A stretch of DNA of 64,000 nucleotides from Podarcis vaucheri (taxonomy: Eukaryota), in NCBI GenBank assembly GCA_965113315.1, contig OZ220376.1; one strand, 5' to 3'. Made by a program: the position numbers and the translations under genes. Shown here one piece after another: positions 1 through 9,559 of this stretch (position 1 is its first letter; each line of letters opens with the position of its first letter). The notes beneath the pieces were generated by a model that ran no database searches, was not told the DNA's origin, and saw only the letters and a program-made list of their open reading frames with translations.

Positions 1-523
1 CAAAATAAAAGTGCAAAGAAATTTGCAGAAGGCCAAAAAGGAAAGAAGAGGCGCCAGTTCAAGTGTCTCTGCTATTGCTTCCGCATGAGAAATGTGGCCA
101 AAGCTGCCAAACTTCTCCAAATCCTCTGCAACTAACTTTGAATACAGGAAAGGAGCCATGAGCGCAGATGATCCGGCAAGTAAATTTCTGGAGCTCTACG
201 GATTTACTTGTCCTGGCCAACTGCTATTCAAACTAAGTGGTGATTTGCCAAAGGAAAATGAGGGTGCTTCCAGCCTGTCAGTATTTTGCAGAAGGTATTC
301 AAGTGCATACTAGAAATCTAAGTGGATTGAAGTGTTCCATTGCCCAGATACAGCAAACACTTTTTTTAAAAAATTCTGACTTTTTGCTGTTAGGAGAGGA
401 ATATACTGAAAAGTAAGGGGTAATTAGTAGTAAGACATATATGCACCATACAGCCAAATCAGAATGAATGATTGTCGTCATATAACCTCTGCTCAAAAAA
501 ACCCCAGAATGAATGTTCCGTAA

Positions 524-659
524 CAGGCATAGGCAATCTCTGGCCCTCCAGATATTTGGGACTACAATTCCCATCATCCCTGACCACTGATCCTGTTAGC
601 TAGGGATGATGGGAATTGTAGTCCCAAACATCTGGAGGGCCAGAGATTGCCTATGCCTG
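524..659. mobile_element. hAT-type palindromic MITE
   Basis: Near-perfect long inverted repeat CAGGCATAGGCAATCTCTGGCCCTCCAGAT...; 8-bp TSD TTCCGTAA/TTCCATAA. Confidence 0.85.
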
Positions 660-929
660 TTCCATAACAACCAGACTGGGCACCATTTAACCTCCGCCTA
701 AGCTTTATGCAAGTAAACAGTTCAGTAAAAACTCAATAAACAGATCATCTGGAAGAGCCCTGGAGGTCCAGGATTATTTGGGAACATAACTGCATTGCAA
801 AAACAAAGCAAGCACACATATTGCAACACAGCTATTTAGAATTGCATCAAAATGAGACAGCTCCAAATATTATTAGAAAGGTTTCAAGTATAGAGGCACC
901 CTCTCCTCTTTGTAGGCCCAACTTCTTAC

Positions 930-994
930 CTGTTTAACTGCATCCAATAATCTCTCCAGGAGAAACTGTCTTTTTGCCACGTTGTTCTGCAACC
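930..994 (-). CDS. SNX29: Sorting nexin 29, coding exon 2 (65 nt)
   Basis: Minus strand ttctag|GGTTGCAG...GTTAAACAG|gtaag. Translates (G)LQNNVAKRQFLLERLLDAVKQ, matching the recalled human SNX29 N-terminus MSGSQNNDKRQFLLERLLDAVKQ. Phase 1 matches exon 1. Later exons lie left of the window. Confidence 0.93.
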
Positions 995-1123
995 CTAGAA
1001 TTCAAGAAAGCACAGGGGGGTATATATTAAATATACTGTCCAGTTAAGGGGGGGGGAATACTTTGCTTTTCGCCCTAGCAGTGCCTTCCCTAATCACATT
1101 AATTACAGCAACTTATACGTTGC

Positions 1124-1484
1124 TGGCGCTGTGGGTTAAATCACTGAACCTCTTGGGCTTGCCGATCAAAAGGTTGGCGGTTCAAATCCCCGCGATGGGG
1201 TGAACTACTGTTGTTCGGTCCCAGCTCCTGCCAACCTAGCAGTTTGAAAGCACGCCAGTGCAAGTAGATAAATAGGTACCGCTCCGGTGGGAAGGTAAAT
1301 GGCGTTTCCGTGCACTGCTCTGGTTTTGCCAGAAGCGGCTTAGTCATGCTGGCCACATGACCCAGAAAAACTGTCTGCGGAAGCGGACAAACGCCGGCTG
1401 CGTCAGCCTGTAAAGCGAGATGAGTGCTGCAACCCCAGAGTCGTTCACGACTGGATTTAATTGTCAGGGGTCCCTTGAACTTTA
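1124..1484 (+). mobile_element. Sauria SINE (diverged copy)
   Basis: tRNA-like head TGGCGCTGTGGGTTAAA...GGTTCAAATCCC and the AAGTAGATAAATAGGTACC core shared with the other copies. Confidence 0.85.
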
Positions 1485-2001
1485 TATCAATTATGATAAC
1501 TGATATACTTTACAGAAAGCACCTCACAATTTTTAAATGAAGCAAATTTTAAAAGCAAATTGTCAAAACAGCAGTCATTAAAACATTGTAAGAGGTCATG
1601 TTTGAGAAAAAGCACAGTGGAGTAAGATTCCTGCCAAAGGGTCAGATGTACATCCTGGGAGGCTGTTTCTTATTCAGGCATGAATTAAACAATTAGAACA
1701 CATCAAAAAAGGTTAAAGCAACTTATAATCATAGAAATAAGGTGGGTCCTAAAAATATACACCTCAGATGTCAAAAGCCAAGGTAAAGAAGTATGCCTTC
1801 AGCATTCACTGAAAGCTGTTTAATGAAGATTAGCAATTCAGTAGGGAAGGAATTCCACCACTTAAGGGCTCCCACAAAGAATGCCCTCTCCAGGGCTGCC
1901 ACTGCTGCAAAATTCTGAGGGCACTGGAACACCAGTGGGGCCCCCTCTGACAATCATAACCCCCAAGGGGGTCTGCAGGGAACAATATGGTCTTTCAGGT
2001 A

Positions 2002-2601
2002 CAGTGATATCTTGGTTCTCAAACTTAATCCGTTCCGGAAGTCCGTTCCAAAACCAAAGCATTCCAAACCCAAGGCACGCTTTCCCATAGAAAGTAATGC
2101 AAAATGGATTAATCCATTCCAGACTTTTAAAAACAACCCCTAAAACAGCAATTTAACATGAATTTTACGATCTAACGAGACCACTGATCCATAAAATGAA
2201 AGCAATAAACAATGTACTGCAGTCACACAATAAATCAGTCAGTCAGTAAGTAACTGAACTGGGTTCCACACAGACACAAAAAAGCAACAAAAATGCAAAA
2301 TAGCAAAAACAGACAGACCTCAGCGTAACACTCAAAACTGAAGTGTGGCACTCAAAACGGTGCATGTTTGGCTTCTGAAAAAAGTTCACAAACCCGAACA
2401 CTTACTTCCAGGTTTACAGTGTTTAGGTCTCCCTGCTGTCCCCGGACCTGATCTCAAGGCGGGCGGCGGGGAGAAGAGCGCTTCTCCCCGCTGCTTGCCC
2501 CACAAGCGCCTGGGGGGGAAATAATTTTTTTTCTTTATTTCCCCCCAAAAAAACTTGATGCGTCCTATGGGCCGGAGTGTCCTATGGGGCGAAAAATACG
2601 G
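2002..2601. mobile_element. Composite Tc1/mariner-type MITE remnants
   Basis: Starts TA|CAGTGATATCTTGG with CTTAATCCGTTCCGGA like the other local MITEs; ends GAAAAATACGG|TA. Confidence 0.55.
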
Positions 2602-2602
2602 T

Positions 2603-3230
2603 AAGTGTTGGAAATGCAGACAGAAGGTACTTTTTATCATATGTGGTGATCTTGCAGTAAGGTTACTGGGAAATAATATATAATGAACTGGAAAAAATGT
2701 TTAAAATAACATTTTTTAAAAAAAACCATAAGCTTTTCTTCTGGGAATTATAAGAGCAGAACTACCTAAATAGTATAGAAATTTATTCATGTATGCAACT
2801 AAGTGGCAAGAATGTTATTTGCCCAAAAATGGAAAGAAGAAAAGTCCAGACAAAAGAAGAATGGATACAAAAACTTATGGACTATGAAGAAATGGAAAAC
2901 TTACTGGAAAAATAAGAAGTCAAAGTAACACACTTTTTATAAAAGAATGGAAATGATTTATTGAATATTTACAAACAAATTGTAAACAGTTGAGGACATT
3001 GGCAGGATTTTTGTAATAACCTGCAGTTTCATAAGAGTATATAATTAAAGTAGATGAATGAAAGAATAAGTTAATTTAGAATATGCAGGAAATGATAAAA
3101 ATACTTTTAAGAAACCACAGAAAGAGGAGGAAGGAAGTCAAGTTTTGAAATGTTAAAATGACTATAAAACTATTGAAATGTATATAACTGAAAATCATAA
3201 AATAAATAAATTATGAAAAGTAAAAAAGGA
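2603..3230 (+). mobile_element. L1-clade LINE 3' fragment (ORF2 C-terminus plus A-rich 3' end)
   Basis: Degenerate CWKC...FYHMWW zinc knuckle, AFLLGI, ARMLFAQKWK and KEEWIQKL motifs, with stops and frameshifts. Confidence 0.75.
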
Positions 3231-4537
3231 TAAAATGGGGAGTACAATGCTGTTATGTGCAATGCTGTAAACTCCATGGAAGAAGGATGAGAAAACACAA
3301 AAATTAAAATCAAAATCCTGTTGCAGCCTTCAGTTGTTTGCAAATAGATTCCCATCACAGATGGCATTATTTTACTTTGCACTTTGGATGACATTGCAGA
3401 AATATATGCTTCAAATACAGCCCAGGCATCTCAACCTATGTTATCCTAACGAAGACTTGGGTCCCCCATTCCTGGACTAGTTGTTCTTAGAAAATTTAGG
3501 GCACTTTCAAAGTGTTTAACTAATCAACATAAATAATATAGATGCCTTATTTTAATAATAAGTACTTTATTGAGGTTTAAAGAAACAACATTGAAAAACA
3601 AGCAGCATAATCAATATAAGATGCAACATAAACCTTTATGTAAAGCACAACGAAAAGAAACCACTATTAACTCCTGGATCATTATTTACCAAACAGATGG
3701 ACTCAACAACAACTAATGAAAACTTAGGAGAACTGAAAGAGACGGAATTAAGCTTAATAACAGAAGTTATTATAAAGCCATTGGAACTAAACAGTTGATA
3801 TCTGGTCAGCTTTTGCAACAGGAGGATTTGGCTGTCTGCACAAACTAGAACCAAACTCCTTATACTTATGTTAAATTCAGCAAACGTGGATTGTGCAATT
3901 TCACCAGAAGTATTGTCAGCAATTCTATTGACAATTAACTATTTCCAGTTATTCAGCTTATCATCATCAGATATGTGTAACTTTGCTACAAAGGGATGGA
4001 AAACTCTAGAGAATATTTGGAGGGGGGGGTATTGATAAATACTTTAGCTCTAAGAGATAGGCCAATACCCCACTCAGGCACAAACTTCTTGGGTGCCCTT
4101 GGACCAGTCACACTACCTCTCAGCCTCACCACACAGGGTTGCTGTGACAATAAAATGGAGAAGGGGGAGATCTCACTCTACTGCTTTAAGCAAGAGCTCC
4201 TGGGGGGAAAGCAGGCTACAAATGGCATAAGTAAATAAATAGATATACATAGAAGTCCAAACAGTTAGGGTGTGGGAGGAAACTCCAAGCAGATCCATTT
4301 GGGCAAGTTTTAGGGGCTGTATACTATGCTAGCCCTACTCAGAGCATACCCACTGAAATCAGTAGGCATGATTATCTTGGGTTCATTAACAGCAATGGGT
4401 CTACTTTGAGTAGAACATTGCTGGCTCTCATTTCAGTACCAGAAGGCTGTGACGTAAAAAAGTAATGGAGGCATCCCACAGTATGTGAGTAAGTCAGCTG
4501 CCAGAGCTCCACGTTCTCTAACCCATGAATAATAATA

Positions 4538-4760
4538 CAGTGGGACCTCAGGTTAAGTACTTAATTCGTTCCGGAGGTCCATACTTAACCTGAAACTGTT
4601 CTTAACCTGAAGCACCACTTTAGCTAATGGGCCCTCCTGCTGCTGCGCCGCCGGAGCACGATTTCTGTTCTCATCCTGAAGCAAAGTTCTTAACCTGAAG
4701 CACTATTTCTGGGTTAGCAGAGTCTGTAACCTGAAGCGTATGTAACCTGAGATACCACTG
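4538..4760. mobile_element. Tc1/mariner MITE, family A
   Basis: TA-flanked with CAGTGG(T)ACCTC TIRs and internal TAACCTGAAG repeats; five copies in the window. Confidence 0.85.
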
Positions 4761-5029
4761 TAATAATATTAATTTATTATTTGTACCCCACCCATCTGGC
4801 TAGGTTTCCCCAGCCACTCTAGGCAGCTTCCAACAAAGATTTAAAATACATCAAAATGTCACACATTAAAAACTTCCCTGAACAGGGAATGTCTAGAAAA
4901 AGGGACAGCAAACTACTAAACAGGGATAGAATACCCAGTGCCAGAGAGCAATGTCCTAATACGTCTAAAAGAACAACAGTGCTTTTAATTCCATTCCCAA
5001 TTTACCTTGCTAGCAGCTTTAATTATTTA

Positions 5030-5820
5030 CAGTGGTGCCCCGCAAGACGAAATTAATTCGTTCCGCAATTTTTGTCGTCTAGCGAATTTTTCGTCTTGCG
5101 AAGCACGAAATCCCATAGGAATGCATTGAAAATCAATTAATGCGTTCCTATGGTCAAAAAGGGACGCGGGTGGCGCTGTGGGCTAAAGCCTCAGCGCCTA
5201 GGGCTTGCCGATCGAAAGGTCGGCGGTTCGAATCCCCGCGGCGGGGTGCGCTCCCGCTGCTCGGTCCCAGCGCCTGCCCACCTAGCAGTTCGAAAGCACC
5301 CCCGGGGGCAAGTAGATAAATAGGTACCGCTTACCAGCGGGAAGGTAAACGGCGTTCCGTGTGCGGCTCTGGCTCGCCAGAGCAGCGTTGTCACGCTGGC
5401 CACGTGACCCGGAAGTGTCTTCGGACAGCGCTGGCCCCCGGCCAATAGATGTGAGATGGGCGCACAAACCCCAGAGTCTGTCAAGACTGGCCCGTTCGGG
5501 CAGGGGTACCTTTACCTTTACCTTTATGGTCAAAAAAAGTCCAAACAAAGCCAAATTTGGTACAACAACAGTTTATTAACTGCTCTTTAAAGTCACACAT
5601 ACTGTAAAGAGCAGTTCAAAAATTTAAGGGAAAATAAATTAACTTTATAAACAAAACATGTCTTTGTTTTTAGTCAAAGAAAAAAAGTCGCGAGACGTTT
5701 TCGTCTTGCGAAGCAAGCCCATAGGGGAAATTCGTCTTGCGAGGCAAATCGCGAACGGAAAAAACTTTCGTCTAGCGAGTTTTTTGTATTGCGAGGCATT
5801 CGTCTTGCGGGGCACCACTG
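5030..5820. mobile_element. Tc1/mariner MITE, family B (hosts a nested SINE)
   Basis: 22-bp perfect TIR CAGTGGTGCCCCGCAAGACGAA, TA TSD. Confidence 0.88.
5161..5524 (+). mobile_element. Sauria SINE, full length, young
   Basis: GGGACGCGGGTGGCGCTGTGG head, (ACCTTT)n tail, TSD TATGGTCAAAAA. Confidence 0.93.
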
Positions 5821-6479
5821 TATTTGCATGCATCTATAGCCCAGCCCACCCCATGCAACCCCATTGAAGGTTATGGCCTTGCATAACCTCATACACTATG
5901 TCATGAGGAAAGGCGGGCTTTGGTTTGAGTTTGCATTGTCATTTACTGTTGATTTCATGCTGCTGCTGCTATTCTTTCAATTCCTTGCCTGCCCTTCACC
6001 ATCAAGCCCCAGGGCAGGGTACACCAATCAAAACAACAACATCAAAAACAGTGTTAAGACAAGCTGCCACCAAAAGAGTAGAGTCCTGTTGCATTCTCAA
6101 CAGGGACTTTTTCGCAGCCCTGGCCACGAGAAATATTCGTCGATGAGCAAGCTACACAAGCACTAATTGACAAAAAACTGCAATCGGAAATTAGTCGCTG
6201 GAAGGCATTATCTGAACACCCTTCTCTCTCTCTTTTTTTGTCATGGTAAGATACAATTGCTGGCTCCAGGGATGCTGCTGCTCCCCTGTTAGTAGAGCGG
6301 CAAGGTGTGTCTGAGCATGCACAGAGTGGCATCAAGAAAGGCGGGAGCAGGGACGCTTTAACACCCCACCCCAGCGCCACCCTTGCTGCTGCTGCTGTTG
6401 TTGTTGGGCGAAAGAGCAGCACCGAGCCAGCCCATCCACCTCCTCCTCCTCCTCCTCCCTTGCCAAGCAAAGCTTGCTC

Positions 6480-6890
6480 CACTCACCGCTCATGGCCGGC
6501 GACGGAGTTCCCCTCCGCGGGCAAGCAAAGCCTCGGGATCCCCCCTCCGACTTTTCCGACTCCTCCTCCGCTGCCGCCGGGGCTCCTCCCTCCCGTCAAA
6601 GCTACCAGCACGCCACAGCACATTGCCCCTCCACCCGGAAGTGATCCTCAAGGAGCCCGGAAGCAAAACACTTAGAACCCGGAAATCATCTCAGGCGGGG
6701 GGTCATGGGAATTGTAGTCTCCATGGCGGCGAGGGTGGGGTAAAACCATGCTGCTCCGTCTTTTTCTTCCTCCTCCTGCAGTCGCTCTGAGCAGAGAGTC
6801 TCCCCTCCCTCTCCTTCCCGGATTTTGGGCCCCCAACTCATTAATTGTGTCTTAATTGCCGCCGCAACAAGGCGGGGATCCAGCGCTCCC
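6480..6890. promoter_or_regulatory. SNX29 CpG-island promoter, bidirectional-type motif set
   Basis: CpG-rich. Three ETS/GABPA-like CCGGAA motifs (~6635, ~6657, ~6679), a ZNF143-type GGGAATTGTAGT (6707-6718) and a YY1-like CCATGGCGGC (6721-6730). Confidence 0.75.
6487..6493 (-). CDS. SNX29: Sorting nexin 29, coding part of exon 1 (ATG AGC G)
   Basis: Minus strand gccggccATGAGCG|gtgagt: good Kozak context, consensus donor, inside a CpG island. Gives M-S-G when spliced to 994-930. Confidence 0.88.
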
Positions 6891-7344
6891 CAAGTAGTAA
6901 TAGTAATGCTGTAGTAATTTGTTATTTGTACCCCGCCCATCTGGGTGGGTCTCCTCAGCCACTCTGGGCTGCTTCCAACAAAGATTAAAAATACATTAAA
7001 GTGTCACACATTGTGCTCGGAAGCACTTGTGATACCTTTACGGGAAAAGCCCTGCCTGGATCCCCACTGCAATAGATAATTAATCGGCAAGTCTCCAATA
7101 TCTCATTCTAGGGCAAGGTGGTAGATAGGGTTGCCACCTTTGTTCTGGCAAAATAAAGAACAGGGCAGCAGTGGGTGGGTGACGATTCCCACACTGCCTG
7201 GTACTAAACTGACCAGTGCAATCCATTACAATCTATTGCTGCCAAATCGGATAGCCCCTCTGGGGTTTGTCACACACACACACGAATTTGTAAATCTGAC
7301 TGCTTTGCTACCCAGAGCTTAAATACATGACCTTTCACACATAG

Positions 7345-8780
7345 GCAGTACTGTACAGCAATACATGCAGGCCTGGGCAAAAAAATTAATAGGGGATATT
7401 CCAAGGAGGGGACGAGCTTTGTTCTACGTGTTCAATTACTGAAGGACAGAAAAAATATTAGGGTGTGTCGCATTGCCTCCAACTAGCCAGAAAAGGACAG
7501 GGCTGCGTAAACACAGCTGTCATCTAGTCCTTTACATGAACAAATCATCCATCCTAGTGGGAATACTTGAGGCCTTTGCAAACTTGAAGGACAGGACTAT
7601 CCAAAGTGCCCAGACTTGTTCCACAAGCTTCCTCTTTTCCCTGGAACAGGAAGCTCTGGAAAAGGGTGTGCTCAAATTGTCCAGGAGCAAAGCAAGGTAC
7701 AGTAGTAGACTCATGACCATTTGTGTGATGCGGGCAGGGTGGAGTCAGCGAAATCTTTGGCGTTTCTCAAAATGCACAAAGCTACAATTCCCAGCACCAC
7801 TCACACAATATTGGAACAGGGTGCTTTAAATGCCTGGTGTGTATGCAGCCACACTTCCTAAAGGTGCACCTGGCTTCTTCAATATACAGCTTCTGGAGAT
7901 TGCTGAAAGTGCACCTTTTTACCCTGGCTTTTGACACTTGAAGTATATATTTTAAGAACCCATCTCATTTTTGTAATTGTTTGTTTTAAACTGTTTTAAA
8001 TATTGTGTTTTAATGTTGTAACATGCCCTGGGACCTTAGGGTAAAGGGTGGGTAATACATAAATGAATAATAATAAGAATAAAATTCCCTAATCTCTTAC
8101 CTATCATTCATCAGTCTTTCACCCTGTAATTGGACAGGCAACAATATCAAAGGGACCATCAAGTACTTTCTCACCAACACTGTAAAAGCACCTGTTAGGC
8201 ACCATAGTGTCTTGCTACCCGAGACTCCTATTACAGTTCAAGCAGGTCAGGTCACTCAATGCCCTCTTTTTTGCCATTGCCTTTCTCATACTGCAGCGAT
8301 GTTGTGCTGAAATGTGATGGTAGTAGGACAGGTCTTCTGGCACAGCACTGCTGTGGAGCACTGCCCAGGGCTACATGTGGGAGCCCAGCATCTGATTCTG
8401 CATGCTTAACTGAGAAGTGGAGGTGGTGCTTATCCAATGATGCAGAAACGTGCTGCATGCAGCCGCCCAGAACTTAATCAGATAACAGTAGCTGTGTACA
8501 GGAAGAAATATTCCTACTGAACCACAGGTAAGAACAGCACCTGGAAGCAGGCTTGTGTTACTCCGCGCACAGCTAATTTGTTCGGTTTCATGTACAGGCG
8601 ACATTGTTCTGGTAACTGCCATCACACACCGCTTGGGTGAAACCCTGTTGCATGATACAATCAGACAGCACATTGAACCAGGTGATAGCAGAGTACGAAA
8701 CAGTGCCAGAGCGTCTGCTCCGAGCCAGCGTGTTGCCAAGCCGTTTGCAACATGGGAGACCTATAGGAGCTTTGTGAGAG
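7345..8780 (+). pseudogene. Candidate decayed multi-exon gene of unknown identity
   Basis: Four AG/GT-bounded blocks: 7345-7696, 8138-8245, 8297-8527, 8598-8780. The last three are 108/231/183 nt and all phase 1-1. In-frame stops occur in blocks 1 and 3. No homolog recognised. Confidence 0.35.
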
Positions 8781-9144
8781 GTAAACTGCAGTTACATGAT
8801 TCTTTGGGGGAAGCTATGTGTTTTAAATGTGTGCTAAAATGTACTTTAATGGTAGATGTCACACCATGTATTTTATGGGTTTTTTAAATCTTGTATTTTT
8901 ATGTTGTGAAACACCCTGAGATCTACAGATGGAGGTTGGTGGTATACAAATTTAATAAATAATAACCTAAGGAGCAGGAAGCAGACAGCCTGGTTTACCC
9001 ACTGGGCTGGTTGCAAGCAAGAAAGCAGACACTTTGGGGGCTGGCTTGAGGTTGGTGAGCCAGTGCCCCATTCACACTAATGGACCAACCTCTATTGGTT
9101 TAATTACAATGACTGGGAAGAGGCAGGTTGAAAACCAGTGTGAA

Positions 9145-9345
9145 CCAGTGTGGTATAGTGGTTAGCGTGTTGGGTCTTGGAGACCAGGGTTCAAATCCCT
9201 ACTTGGCCATGAAGCTCACTGGGTGACCTTTGGGGGGGCAGTCACAGCCTCTCAGCTTACTCCACAGGGTTGTTGAAGAATTTCACGAGGAGGGGAAGAA
9301 CAGGGACATCACCTTGGAAGAAAAGGTGGGATAGAAATTCAATAT
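9145..9345 (+). mobile_element. tRNA-derived CORE/MIR-like SINE
   Basis: A box GTGGTATAGTGG, B box GGTTCAAATCC, then GTGACCTT..GG..AGTCAC..CCTCTCAGC core; related remnants near 4090, 53190 and 60780. Confidence 0.7.
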
Positions 9346-9559
9346 ATAAAACTGTCCATGTGGCAAACTATGTTATCAAGCACGTGCTGTGCAGCAACCA
9401 CGTGGAACACAATTTGATTCATTCGATTGGAAAATATTTATTATTACTCCTTCCCTCTTCGGTAACAGCACCCACTTGTCCTTTCTCGCTCCTCTGTGCG
9501 AGGAGTGTGGAAGGAATATGCCTGTCTATACTTCCTCCCTTTTACGAAACGCTTCTATC

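Noticed and set aside
3630-4000. A-rich stretch that looks faintly coding (possible LINE or viral relic)
   Set aside because: No motif recognised and stops in the plus-strand frames I read; cannot support a call without a translated search.
5191-5579. Repeated ~60-97 aa ORFs (also near 22408, 34442, 39021 and 60270)
   Set aside because: Translations of Sauria SINE copies, not a gene family.
6054-6790. Pro/Ala-rich ORFs around the SNX29 first exon
   Set aside because: They arise from (GCT)n/(CCT)n microsatellites and CpG-island composition; only the 7-nt SNX29 coding piece is supported.
8640-8670. GETLLHDT resemblance to ankyrin or HD-domain motifs
   Set aside because: The match is only 4-6 residues and the flanks do not fit either family, so no name was given to the relic.
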